Shown here: one piece after another, positions 28,984 through 37,691 of the stretch
Layout of the letters: every line of letters begins with the position of its first letter
How positions within the stretch are numbered: position 1 is the first letter of the stretch
From: Planctomycetota bacterium
GTDB lineage: Bacteria > Planctomycetota > PLA2 > JAEUHO01
DNA: 64,000 bases
Direction of reading: 5' to 3'
NCBI GenBank assembly: GCA_050248855.1
Contig: JBFWRP010000003.1
Location: 128,001-192,000, forward strand
Notes under the pieces: generated by a model
Databases searched by the model: none
Seen by the model: the letters and a program-made list of their open reading frames with translations, nothing else
Told to the model about the DNA's origin: nothing
Position numbers and translations under genes: made by a program

Positions 28984-29017
28984 CTGGAAACCAAGTGATC
29001 GTGGTACGCTTGTTGCC
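28984..29017 (+). promoter_or_regulatory. sigma54 promoter of copy 5 with upstream CTGGAAAC box
   Basis: CTGGAAAC-N10-TGGTACG-CTTG-TTGC. Confidence 0.72.
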
Positions 29018-29124
29018 AGATCAGGAGGCGTCGGGTGCGCAATCTCGCCCCGACTGCCTGTCCAAGCCTCGCCCGAGCCGGCACGCCAATCGGCGCGGGG
29101 CTTCAGCCCGGGAGGTCTTTCCAG

Positions 29125-32100
29125 ATGACGAACGCCAAGACGTGGGGGGCGCTGTTGACTGCCCTGGCTCTGGCCGTGGTCCCCGCCTGCGGTGGGGGGG
29201 GTAGTGGGTTTTCCGCCTCCACCCCCAGCCTGACCCTCGGCAGTGCCCTGCTGCCCCTGCTGAACTCGGGCGAGGCCCTGTCCGGTGACGGGTATGCCTT
29301 GCCCATCGAGGGTGGCTGCGGCGGCCCGTACACGATCCGGCTCATCGGCGGCTCGCTCCCCGACGGGATCGAGATCGACGACCGCCAGATGGACATCGAC
29401 GGTCCGGGCAACCCGGCCGAGGACCGACACCACCTGGTGGGCACGGCCCTGGAAGACGGCGTCTTCAGCTTCCGGCTCGAGATCCTCGACCGCGGGTGCA
29501 AGCCCTCCGCGTCGATGACCGCCGACTTCACCTGGAGCGTGACGCAGGGCAGCGTGGTCATCGTGGACGCGAACCCGGCCTCGATCCCGGTCGGCCTCTA
29601 CGACGACCCGCAGAAGTACCTCGACGTCGACGCGCTGGACAAGACGGTCTACGGCGACTTCACGAGCATCACGTTCGTCATCGCCGGCGGCGTGGGCCCC
29701 TACACCTGCGCGATCATCGACGACCCGGCCGACCCGGACGACGACAACGGCCTGCCCTTCGGCGTGGTGATGCCGCCGGCCTCGTGCAGCATCGTCGGCT
29801 CGCCCCAGCAGGTGGGCGACGGTGGCAAGCCGTTCCGCTTCACGGTCCTGGCCACGGACAGCGTGGGCAACGACGCCGTGCGCAAGTTCCAGTGGAAGAT
29901 CGACACACCTCCGATGATCGTCGGCTCGACCGACATCCAGGATGGTCTGGTGGGGGACCTCTACGGCGACGCCATCCAGATCGTGGACGGCGTGCCGCCC
30001 TTCAAGTTCGAGATGACGGCCGATCTGCCGACGGACCTCGACAACACGAGTGCGGCGTGGGTCTACGCGCCGCCGGCGGCCCCGACCTTCCCGTCGCTCA
30101 GCGGCTTCACGGTGGCTGCGACGGGCGAGGCCAGCAACAAGCTGTCGGCCGCCGACTACCCGGCTCCGGCCGCGCTCGGTCCCTACTACCCGGCGCCACC
30201 CGAGGGGCTGTTCATCACGGAGGACGGCGGGTTGGCCGGTAGCCTGTCGGGCTACCCGCGCCGCTACGGCTCCTTCACGGTCAACATCCACGCCTACAGC
30301 GCGACGGTGCCCAACGAACGTGGGCAGCACGCCTTCGCGCAGTTCGACTTCGACGTCGCCCCGGGCGCACCCATGCAGATGGTGGACACGTTCGTGGTCG
30401 ACGGCGACGGGAGCAACACCTTCCTGGCCAACACCAAGGACGGCGTCGCCACGCTGCCCGAGTTCGAGGTGCTCCAGCCGACGACCGTGCAGATGGTGGC
30501 CACCGGTGGCGCGCCCTTCGACGGCTACACCGACGCCCCGCACGCCAGCCAGCGCCTGCTGGACCTGGGCGAGGTGGCCGGCACGTACGAGTGGTCGGTC
30601 AGCGACTGGGACCCGCGCGGCATCGGCTGGCACCCGGGCAACGTCCCGGCGGGCCGCCCGACCGGCATCGACGCCGACATCACCGGCAAGATCGCCACCA
30701 CCAACAGCGGCTTGGATCTCCAACGCCAGGGTCGCCAGGTGATCGAGGTCACCGTGGCCGACCAGCGCCTGCCCGTGCCGGGCAACGATGTCCACGAGAT
30801 CGCCCTGTCGATCGGTCCGGATGTCCTCATCATCGCGGAGAGCCGCCAGACCTCGACCACCACGACGGGAGGGTCCACGGACAGCACGCCGCATGGCGAT
30901 TCGATGTTCATCAAGAAGATGCAGATCGTGAACAACGTGGCGCAGCGTTCGCCGCTGGACGACAGCGACATGGCGCCGACGCACATCGTGCCGGCGATCG
31001 CCAACCTCAATGCGCTGTCGAACCCGCTCGGGCGCCTGATCTCCGGGGTCGGCAAGTCGACCTACACGGGCACGGGTCGCCACGCCGGTGCCAGCGACCT
31101 GATCCGCGTCCACGTCAACAAGACGGGCTGGTGGAACGACAGCTGGCAGCTCCACCCCAAGGCGGCGCGCTCGTTCATGCACGGCGATGCCACCAAGCCC
31201 TACTACGAGTACTACGCCAACGAGTACTACAACTACAGCTCGTGCGCGGAGACGACGGCCGTGGCGCTCCCGGACATCGTGGACGGCAGCGTGGCCCACG
31301 ACCCGAGCGCGGGCGTCTACACGGACGGCGGCAAGCTGCACTTCTTCGAGAACGACACCCACTTCGGCGTGTTCATCATCCGCGACGACGCACGCATCTA
31401 CGTGCCGTTCGCCATGCAGAAGGGAACGTGGCAGGGCTTCGGCGACTACTGCCAGTCCCCGCTCAACGGTACCGGCGCCGGCGCGAGCAGCTCGAGCCAC
31501 ATGCGGATCGCGCACATGGGCGTCTCGCCCAACGGGCGCTTTGCGGCGTTCAAGATCAAGGGCAGCCCGACCTCCATGTACGAGAGCACGGGGACGTCGC
31601 GCACGGTCCTGATCGACCTGGCGGGCGACAAGTCGCTCGGTGGCAACACCTACCGCATCGTGGGCACGTCGTACTCGTCGGGCTACCTGATGGCCGACGC
31701 CATCACGCTGACCGACGAGCACCTGTACCTGCTCGTGCAGCGCGGCTCGCTCAACAACCGCTTCGGTTGGCAGCAGCACAACGTGTACCGCGAGTCGATC
31801 CTCGGTGGAACGGGTACGGCCCAGTTCGCGCCGGGGCTGCCGAGCAACGGCACGTCGTCCTACCTGAGCCTTCCGTACCACAACATCACGACGAGCTACT
31901 ACTCGTCCTCGTTCAACGGCTCGACGGTGTACTACAACTACTACTTCTACATGGGCGGCTGCTCGACGAACCGCACGGAGAACGACTCCGCGCCGATCCC
32001 CTTCCGGGTGAGCGCCGACGGCAGCTCCTGTCTGCTGGCTGCGGGCGCGTACACGGGCGCGACCAGCGGCAGCACCGTGCACGAGTTCTACGCCTGGGTC

Positions 32101-33675
32101 GACAAGAACGGCCAGGGCTTCCGCGTCGCCAGCACGACGGATCGCAAGATGCCGTACGGCGGCACCACGGCGCACATGCTGCGTTGGGGCGCGGCGTACT
32201 ACGGCTATGCGGGGCACCAGCAGTGGGGCAAGTACGAGGGGCCCTCGGGCAACCTGGAGATCAGCGACGACGGCAACCGGATCGCCTACGGCTTCAGCGA
32301 GGTCGGGTCCCACAGCCTCGGCTCCTACTACTCCTCCTACCAGACGTACTACTACTCGTCGTGGAACACCACGCGGATGAACGTGATGTCGGCCACGACG
32401 GGCAACGACTGGGCCAGCTTCAGCGAGACGGCCATCACGGCGCCGTACTTCACGGGCAGCCACGTCTGGCGCTTCGGCGGCCTCGCGTTCTCGCGCGACG
32501 GCGACCGGCTCTTCTTCTTCGGCGGCAAGAGCCAGACCGAGGCCATGGGAACGTCGGACTACGGGTACTGGACCACCTCCGTGCGTCGCGCCTCGGCGTG
32601 GGTCACGGGCACGTACTACATGTACGACTTCGCGAACGGCTCGCAGGTCCGCTCGCTGTTCCCCGCGAACGCCGGCGGCAGTGGCTCGAACACGTACACG
32701 GCCGCGCAGCCGTTCAACCCCACGACGGCGTCCCGTTCGTCGGCCTGGGGCGTGATCAAGCCGTTCGGCGGCTTCTGGTCGAAGAATGGCGAGTTCCTGT
32801 ACATCTGCTCGGACCACCCGCTGACGGCGTCGGATCGCACCGCCTTCCGCTTGGTCGGCATCAACACCACGACGGCAACCGTCAACGGTCATGGCGCGAC
32901 GACCGGCTTCGCCGTGGCGAACTGGCCGAGCAACTTCGGATTCCTTACCGGGAACACCAACATCAGCGGCTACTACGGCGGCATGCTGACCTACATCGGA
33001 CCGTACGGCGTCCAGAGCCTGGCGCGCATCAAGATGGCGGAGGGCACCGGCGTGGTGTTCTTCGGCAGCCACTCACAGCGCTACAACTACAACGTCAGCA
33101 CCAGCTACGGCAACGTGTACACGTTGGGGTACACCAGCAACTACGCCATGAACCAGGGCCACATCGAGTGCTTCGCTGCCGATGTGGGCGGTCCGATCCA
33201 GCGCCTCACGCCCTTCTCCAACGATGGATCGCTGACTTCGGCCCGCGGTCGCAACCTGCAGTACATCGAGGTGAACGAGGCCGGTGATCGCCTGATCTTC
33301 CACTGGAACAACGGCAATTCCGGCGGCACGTCCGAGTACCGCAACTACCTCAACCACGAGGGCGTCGGGTACATCGCGAACATCGCGTTGGACGAGAGCT
33401 CCGGGGCCCTGCTGAGCAGCACGTTCACGATGCTGGAAGGCACCACGGGCAGCCAGACGGGCCAGATCGGCACGTCGCGCGGCCGCGCTGGCGGCTCCGT
33501 GGCCTTCGGTACGGACGGTCAGCGCATCTACTACTCGTTCGGCCCCAACGCCAGCAACGAGAACGCGCGGACGATCATCGCGCCTCGTATCGACGGCGAC
33601 GGCAACGTGGACGGGTCCACCACGACCCGCTACGGCACCGGCTCCCGCGACGCGGTCCTCCACGCCAGCCGCTAG
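29125..33675 (+). CDS. Giant surface lipoprotein, array copy 5 (1516 aa)
   Basis: ATG after GGAGG; lipobox VPA-C-GGGG. Confidence 0.85.
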   Translation: MTNAKTWGALLTALALAVVPACGGGGSGFSASTPSLTLGSALLPLLNSGEALSGDGYALPIEGGCGGPYTIRLIGGSLPDGIEIDDRQMDIDGPGNPAEDRHHLVGTALEDGVFSFRLEILDRGCKPSASMTADFTWSVTQGSVVIVDANPASIPVGLYDDPQKYLDVDALDKTVYGDFTSITFVIAGGVGPYTCAIIDDPADPDDDNGLPFGVVMPPASCSIVGSPQQVGDGGKPFRFTVLATDSVGNDAVRKFQWKIDTPPMIVGSTDIQDGLVGDLYGDAIQIVDGVPPFKFEMTADLPTDLDNTSAAWVYAPPAAPTFPSLSGFTVAATGEASNKLSAADYPAPAALGPYYPAPPEGLFITEDGGLAGSLSGYPRRYGSFTVNIHAYSATVPNERGQHAFAQFDFDVAPGAPMQMVDTFVVDGDGSNTFLANTKDGVATLPEFEVLQPTTVQMVATGGAPFDGYTDAPHASQRLLDLGEVAGTYEWSVSDWDPRGIGWHPGNVPAGRPTGIDADITGKIATTNSGLDLQRQGRQVIEVTVADQRLPVPGNDVHEIALSIGPDVLIIAESRQTSTTTTGGSTDSTPHGDSMFIKKMQIVNNVAQRSPLDDSDMAPTHIVPAIANLNALSNPLGRLISGVGKSTYTGTGRHAGASDLIRVHVNKTGWWNDSWQLHPKAARSFMHGDATKPYYEYYANEYYNYSSCAETTAVALPDIVDGSVAHDPSAGVYTDGGKLHFFENDTHFGVFIIRDDARIYVPFAMQKGTWQGFGDYCQSPLNGTGAGASSSSHMRIAHMGVSPNGRFAAFKIKGSPTSMYESTGTSRTVLIDLAGDKSLGGNTYRIVGTSYSSGYLMADAITLTDEHLYLLVQRGSLNNRFGWQQHNVYRESILGGTGTAQFAPGLPSNGTSSYLSLPYHNITTSYYSSSFNGSTVYYNYYFYMGGCSTNRTENDSAPIPFRVSADGSSCLLAAGAYTGATSGSTVHEFYAWVDKNGQGFRVASTTDRKMPYGGTTAHMLRWGAAYYGYAGHQQWGKYEGPSGNLEISDDGNRIAYGFSEVGSHSLGSYYSSYQTYYYSSWNTTRMNVMSATTGNDWASFSETAITAPYFTGSHVWRFGGLAFSRDGDRLFFFGGKSQTEAMGTSDYGYWTTSVRRASAWVTGTYYMYDFANGSQVRSLFPANAGGSGSNTYTAAQPFNPTTASRSSAWGVIKPFGGFWSKNGEFLYICSDHPLTASDRTAFRLVGINTTTATVNGHGATTGFAVANWPSNFGFLTGNTNISGYYGGMLTYIGPYGVQSLARIKMAEGTGVVFFGSHSQRYNYNVSTSYGNVYTLGYTSNYAMNQGHIECFAADVGGPIQRLTPFSNDGSLTSARGRNLQYIEVNEAGDRLIFHWNNGNSGGTSEYRNYLNHEGVGYIANIALDESSGALLSSTFTMLEGTTGSQTGQIGTSRGRAGGSVAFGTDGQRIYYSFGPNASNENARTIIAPRIDGDGNVDGSTTTRYGTGSRDAVLHASR

Positions 33676-33722
33676 GCGGGCCTGCCGCGCCACCAGCCCG
33701 GCCACGGGGGTACCATCCCCCC

Positions 33723-34262
33723 GTGGCCGCACGCTCCCCGCTCGTCCTCTGGATCCCCCTGCTGGCCGCGGCCGCGGTCGGCTGGTGGCTGTTCGGGCGG
33801 AGCGAGACCAAGCCGGTCGAGGACGTCCGCTTCGATGACCCCGGGCGCCCGGCGCGGGTGGGTCCCGGGCCGGCGACCAACCTGCCCGGTCGCCCGGCCG
33901 GCGAGCCCACGTACTTCGAGATCGCCATGGACGGTGCCACGTCCTGGCGAGACGCCGTGGACAAGCAGGTCCGGCTCGAGATCCCCGTGGATGCCTCGGG
34001 CGAGCTCGTGACGGGCGGTGACCTCATCGACGCCCTCTCCGCGCGCATGCGGATCCGCTTCGCGTCCGCGGAGGATGCGCGCGAGTTCCGCCGCCGCACG
34101 GCCGAGGTGCCGGACGTCGTGGAGGACGGCAAGCTCAAGACGGGCATCGACATGCTGCCGGTCCTGATCGACCGCATGGGCTACCTCATGGGCAGCAACG
34201 AGCAAGGCGAGCTCGTCCTCGAGCGTCCCCAGCACACGCTCGTGACCCCCGAAGAGGACTAG
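33723..34262 (+). CDS. Hypothetical protein with N-terminal membrane anchor
   Basis: GTG start 6 nt after TACCAT; hydrophobic LVLWIPLLAAAAVGWWLF; stop overlaps the convergent TetR stop (CTAG). Confidence 0.7.
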   Translation: MAARSPLVLWIPLLAAAAVGWWLFGRSETKPVEDVRFDDPGRPARVGPGPATNLPGRPAGEPTYFEIAMDGATSWRDAVDKQVRLEIPVDASGELVTGGDLIDALSARMRIRFASAEDAREFRRRTAEVPDVVEDGKLKTGIDMLPVLIDRMGYLMGSNEQGELVLERPQHTLVTPEED

Positions 34263-34864
34263 CCCTTGGCCTTCGTGCGCGGCAGGACGCCCTCCAGGAA
34301 CAGCGCGACCGCCTCGTGCGCTCCTCGCGCCAGACGTGCGGGCGTGGCACCACGCTCCAGCTGGGCGGCGGCGCCTTCCAGCAGGGCAAGCAACAGGAGG
34401 ACGCGCCGCTCGTCGGCGGCCCGGCGTCGCCCCTGTCGACCGCAGAGCTCGTCGACGTGGGCTTGGAGCGTGGCGACGTAGCGGGCACGCAGCGCTGCCA
34501 GCCGGCGCCGCTGCGGCTCGCGCAGCGGCGGCCACGCGCCACGCCAGAGCGGCGCTTCGGCGGGCGTTTCCACGAGTCGCGTCACGTGGTCGGTACACAG
34601 CGCCCGCAGACGCTCGCGGGCTCCCCGCACGGCCAACGTCGCCTCCGCGCTGGCGAGCGCTCCTTCCAGGCGCTCGGCGAGCGCCGCGTGGACGAGCTCC
34701 TCCTTGTCGGCGACGTGGTGGTAGACGTTGGCGACGCTCTGTCGCGAGCGCGCCGCCACGTCGCGCATGCCGAAGCCGTGGAAGCCGTGTTCCCCCAGCA
34801 GCTCGAGGGCCGCTGCGCGCGTCTGGCGGCGTCGCGCGTCGCGTCCGAGAGGGCGCCCCGCCAC
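34259..34864 (-). CDS. TetR/AcrR family transcriptional regulator
   Basis: GTG after GGAGG overlapping queD stop; AALELLGEHGFHGFGMRDVAARSRQSVANVYHHVADKEELV HTH. Confidence 0.88.
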   Translation of the reverse strand: MAGRPLGRDARRRQTRAAALELLGEHGFHGFGMRDVAARSRQSVANVYHHVADKEELVHAALAERLEGALASAEATLAVRGARERLRALCTDHVTRLVETPAEAPLWRGAWPPLREPQRRRLAALRARYVATLQAHVDELCGRQGRRRAADERRVLLLLALLEGAAAQLERGATPARLARGAHEAVALFLEGVLPRTKAKG

Positions 34865-34875
34865 GCGTGTGCCTC

Positions 34876-35250
34876 CTAGCGGGGTACCTGCTCGCCGCGG
34901 TACACGACGAGGCAGGTGGGGGTCTCGTGCAGGCGCACCTCGAGGATGGGCAGCCCCCCCTCGACGAGCCGGTCCCAGATCCAGACCGCCACGTTCTCGG
35001 CCGTGGGGTTCTCGAAGCGCTCGTTGAGGTCCGTGTGGTCCAGGGCCTTCAGGATGCGCTCCTCGACCTCGCGCTCGAGGTCGGCGAAGTCCACGACCAT
35101 GCCCGAGTCGGGGTCGACGGGGCCCTGCCAATGGACCTCCAGCTCGTAGCCGTGCCCATGGAGATGGCGGCAGCGCCCCGGGTGGCGGGGCAGGCGATGG
35201 GCCGCGTCGAAATGGAAGCGGCGGGCGACGGTGACGACGGGGCGGCGCAC
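34876..35250 (-). CDS. queD: 6-carboxy-5,6,7,8-tetrahydropterin synthase
   Basis: FDAAHRL...CRHLHGHGY, GMVVDF, LDHTDLN, NPTAENVA, VRLHETP. Confidence 0.92.
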   Translation of the reverse strand: MRRPVVTVARRFHFDAAHRLPRHPGRCRHLHGHGYELEVHWQGPVDPDSGMVVDFADLEREVEERILKALDHTDLNERFENPTAENVAVWIWDRLVEGGLPILEVRLHETPTCLVVYRGEQVPR

Positions 35251-35390
35251 GGGCCGGATGCTACCGCTCCAGCCGATCACCGGCCCGTCATGGCGCCTCG
35301 CTCCAGCGCGGCGCGTCGGGCACCGATGCGACTACCCTGGGACGGATACCCGCCGTGCCGTGGCGCCGGTGGGCCCTCCCGGGGGGTTCC

Positions 35391-37691
35391 ATGCCCAAGG
35401 TCCGCCTCGTCGCCGCGCTCGTCCTCGCCCTGCTGGCGATTCCGGTCCTGGCGAGCCCGGGCCAAACGGCCGAGGACCCGCCCAACCTCCAGCAGCCCGC
35501 GGCCGTCTCGGCCAAGCTCGAGGAAGGGGGCCTCATCGCCGGCCAGAAGGGCACGCTGGTCGTCACGTTCACGCTGTCCGACGAGCGGACGCGGATCCAG
35601 GACCGCAACCTGTTCTGGACCGTCGTACCGCAGACCGGCGTCGAGGTCGAGCTCGACAAGCGCGTCCGCGACCCCCAGCCCATCCGGCACGAGACGGAGT
35701 GGGGGGACGTCGAGTACTTCAACACGGGCACGTTCCACATGCGCATCCCCGTGCGCCGCCTCGCGGAAGCTCCCGAGGAGGCCGCGGTCGTCCTCCAGGT
35801 GGAGCAGATCATCTGCTACGCGGAAGGCTGCGGCGCGAAGCTGCCTGCCGCCACCATCCGCGTGCCGCTGGCCAAGCCCACGCCGGCGCGCACGGCGCGG
35901 CCCATGAAGGCGAACAAGCCCTTCGTGCGCCGGGGCGGGGCCACGGTCAAGGTCGAGCTGCTGGAGGAGCCCTCGCGCGTGCGCGTGCGCTTCGAGCCCG
36001 ACTGGGGGCACCACATCTACCTGCCGCCACAGGGCGAGTCCGGGATCCCCATCGGGATCGGTGTGCGGGGGGGCGAGGGCGTCAAGTTCGGCGAGGTGAA
36101 GATCCCCGAAGGCGGTGAGGTCCATGACCCCGTCGACGTGGAGATCCCGGTCGAGGTGACCGAAGACGCGGAGAGCTTCACGGTCACGCCCAGCTGGCAG
36201 GCATGCCAAGACGCCGGGAGCTGCCTGAGTCCGGACCGCGAGGACTTCGTCTTCCTCCGCGCCGCCGAGCCTGCGGGGGCGGCGGGCACCAGCGATGGGG
36301 GCCAGGGCACGGACGCCGGGGCCGGCGGGACGGTCGAGCAGGCGGCCGCCGAGGAGACGCCGCTCGGGGAGATCGCGTTCCCGGTGCGCGAGGGCGACGC
36401 GTTCGAGGGCGGCCTCGAGAGCGAGAGCCTCGTCCAGCAGAAGCTGCGCGAAGGCGGCCTGTTGCTGACGCTCCTGTTCGTCTTCCTCGTGGGCGCTGGA
36501 CTCACGTTCACCCCGTGCGTGTTCCCGATCATCCCGTTGGTCGTGGCCACGATCGCGGGCGGCAAGTCCGTCACGAAGGGTCGCCTGCTGGCCCTGCTGG
36601 CCGTCTACGTGCTGGGGCTGTCGCTGGCCTTCGCCGCGATGGGCGTCGTCGCCGCGTTCACGGGCGCCAGCCTCTCGGCCGCCTTCGAGAGCCCGCTCTT
36701 CATCGGCGGCATGGCGCTGTTCTTCATCGTGCTGGCCTTCGGCATGCTCGGCCTGTTCGAGCTCCAGCCGCCGCAGTGGCTGATGCGCGTGCAGGGCAGT
36801 GCGCAGTCGCGCGGCGGCTCCTACGTCGGCGCGTTCCTGCTCGGCGGCTTGGGCGCCGTGCTGGCCAGCCCCTGCACGGGCCCGGTCATCGTGGGGATGC
36901 TCACGGCCACGGCACAGAGCAAGGATGCGCTGCTCGGCTTCGAGCTGTTCTTCACCTTCGGCGTGGGCATGGGCTCCGTGATCGCACTCTTCGGCCTCGC
37001 CAACTTGGCGCTGCGTCCCGGCCCCTGGATGGTCTGGGTGCGCTACATCTTCGGCGTGTTGCTCTTCGGCGGCGCGATGTTCTACGTGGCCAACAGTGCC
37101 TTGCTGCCGCGTACGGCGCTGTGGGCGGCAGGCATCGCCGTGGCCGTCCTCTCGGGCCTCTTGCTGGCGTGGCACGTGGTGAAGCGCGAGCGCGAGCCCA
37201 TGGCGATCGGCGCGAAGCGCGGCGTCATCGTGACGGCGTTCTACGTCGGCGCGTTGGCACTCGTCATGTACCTCAACCGCCCCGTCGACGGTCTGCCCTG
37301 GATCTACATCAAGGATCGACCGCACTTGGTGGCCGAGGTTGCCGACGCGAAGGCGAAGGGGCAGCCGGTGCTCATCGATCTCTGGGCCCAGTGGTGCCAG
37401 AAGTGCAAGGAGTACGACCACGTCATGGCCGACGACGCCGACCTGCAGAAGCGGTTGGCGGGCTGGAAGCGGCTCAAGATCGATCTCACGGATGACAGCC
37501 TGCGCAACGACTTGCGCGACGCGGTCGGCGCCAAGCGTGGCCAGCAGCCGTGGCTTGCCTTCATCGACAAGACGGGCACGCTCTGGAAGGACGCGGGCGC
37601 CGGATGGCTCGGTGAGGCGACCGGCGGCAAGTCCGAGCACGAAGTCGCCGCCGACCGCCTGCGCGAGCGCTTGGAGCGCGTCGGGCGCTAG
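35391..37691 (+). CDS. dsbD: DsbD-family thiol:disulfide interchange protein (two N-terminal Ig-like Cys-pair domains, TM domain, thioredoxin)
   Basis: Signal peptide; ICYAEGC and QACQDAGSC; FTPCVFPIIP and ASPCTGP; DLWAQWCQKCK. Confidence 0.85.
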   Translation: MPKVRLVAALVLALLAIPVLASPGQTAEDPPNLQQPAAVSAKLEEGGLIAGQKGTLVVTFTLSDERTRIQDRNLFWTVVPQTGVEVELDKRVRDPQPIRHETEWGDVEYFNTGTFHMRIPVRRLAEAPEEAAVVLQVEQIICYAEGCGAKLPAATIRVPLAKPTPARTARPMKANKPFVRRGGATVKVELLEEPSRVRVRFEPDWGHHIYLPPQGESGIPIGIGVRGGEGVKFGEVKIPEGGEVHDPVDVEIPVEVTEDAESFTVTPSWQACQDAGSCLSPDREDFVFLRAAEPAGAAGTSDGGQGTDAGAGGTVEQAAAEETPLGEIAFPVREGDAFEGGLESESLVQQKLREGGLLLTLLFVFLVGAGLTFTPCVFPIIPLVVATIAGGKSVTKGRLLALLAVYVLGLSLAFAAMGVVAAFTGASLSAAFESPLFIGGMALFFIVLAFGMLGLFELQPPQWLMRVQGSAQSRGGSYVGAFLLGGLGAVLASPCTGPVIVGMLTATAQSKDALLGFELFFTFGVGMGSVIALFGLANLALRPGPWMVWVRYIFGVLLFGGAMFYVANSALLPRTALWAAGIAVAVLSGLLLAWHVVKREREPMAIGAKRGVIVTAFYVGALALVMYLNRPVDGLPWIYIKDRPHLVAEVADAKAKGQPVLIDLWAQWCQKCKEYDHVMADDADLQKRLAGWKRLKIDLTDDSLRNDLRDAVGAKRGQQPWLAFIDKTGTLWKDAGAGWLGEATGGKSEHEVAADRLRERLERVGR

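Larger units (their letters stand above)
8925..33675 (+). repeat. Tandem array of five paralogous genes, unit length about 5 kb
   Basis: Starts at 8925, 14016, 19124, 24178, 29125 (spacing 5091, 5108, 5054, 4947); proteins collinear end to end and ending LHAGR/LHASR. Confidence 0.97.

Noticed and set aside
13643..29017. Invertible promoters or recombinase sites at the conserved intergenic boxes
   Set aside because: The boxes are degenerate, promoters all face the same way, and no recombinase is nearby; a transcription-factor site explains them better.
8814..33072. Very long antisense ORFs (1300-1750 aa) over the array, and similar ones over nuoL/M, recG/HEAT and rho
   Set aside because: Shadow frames produced by strong GC3 bias of the sense genes; low-complexity R/A/G/V translations with no motifs or start signals.
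8925..33675. Diversity-generating retroelement as the source of loop variation
   Set aside because: No reverse transcriptase or TR/VR pair in the window; differences include indels and synonymous changes and are not adenine-specific.
7639..33722. Genomic island or prophage origin for the array
   Set aside because: No integrase, transposase, tRNA, phage gene or flanking direct repeat seen; codon style looks like the neighbouring nuo genes (by eye, not computed).
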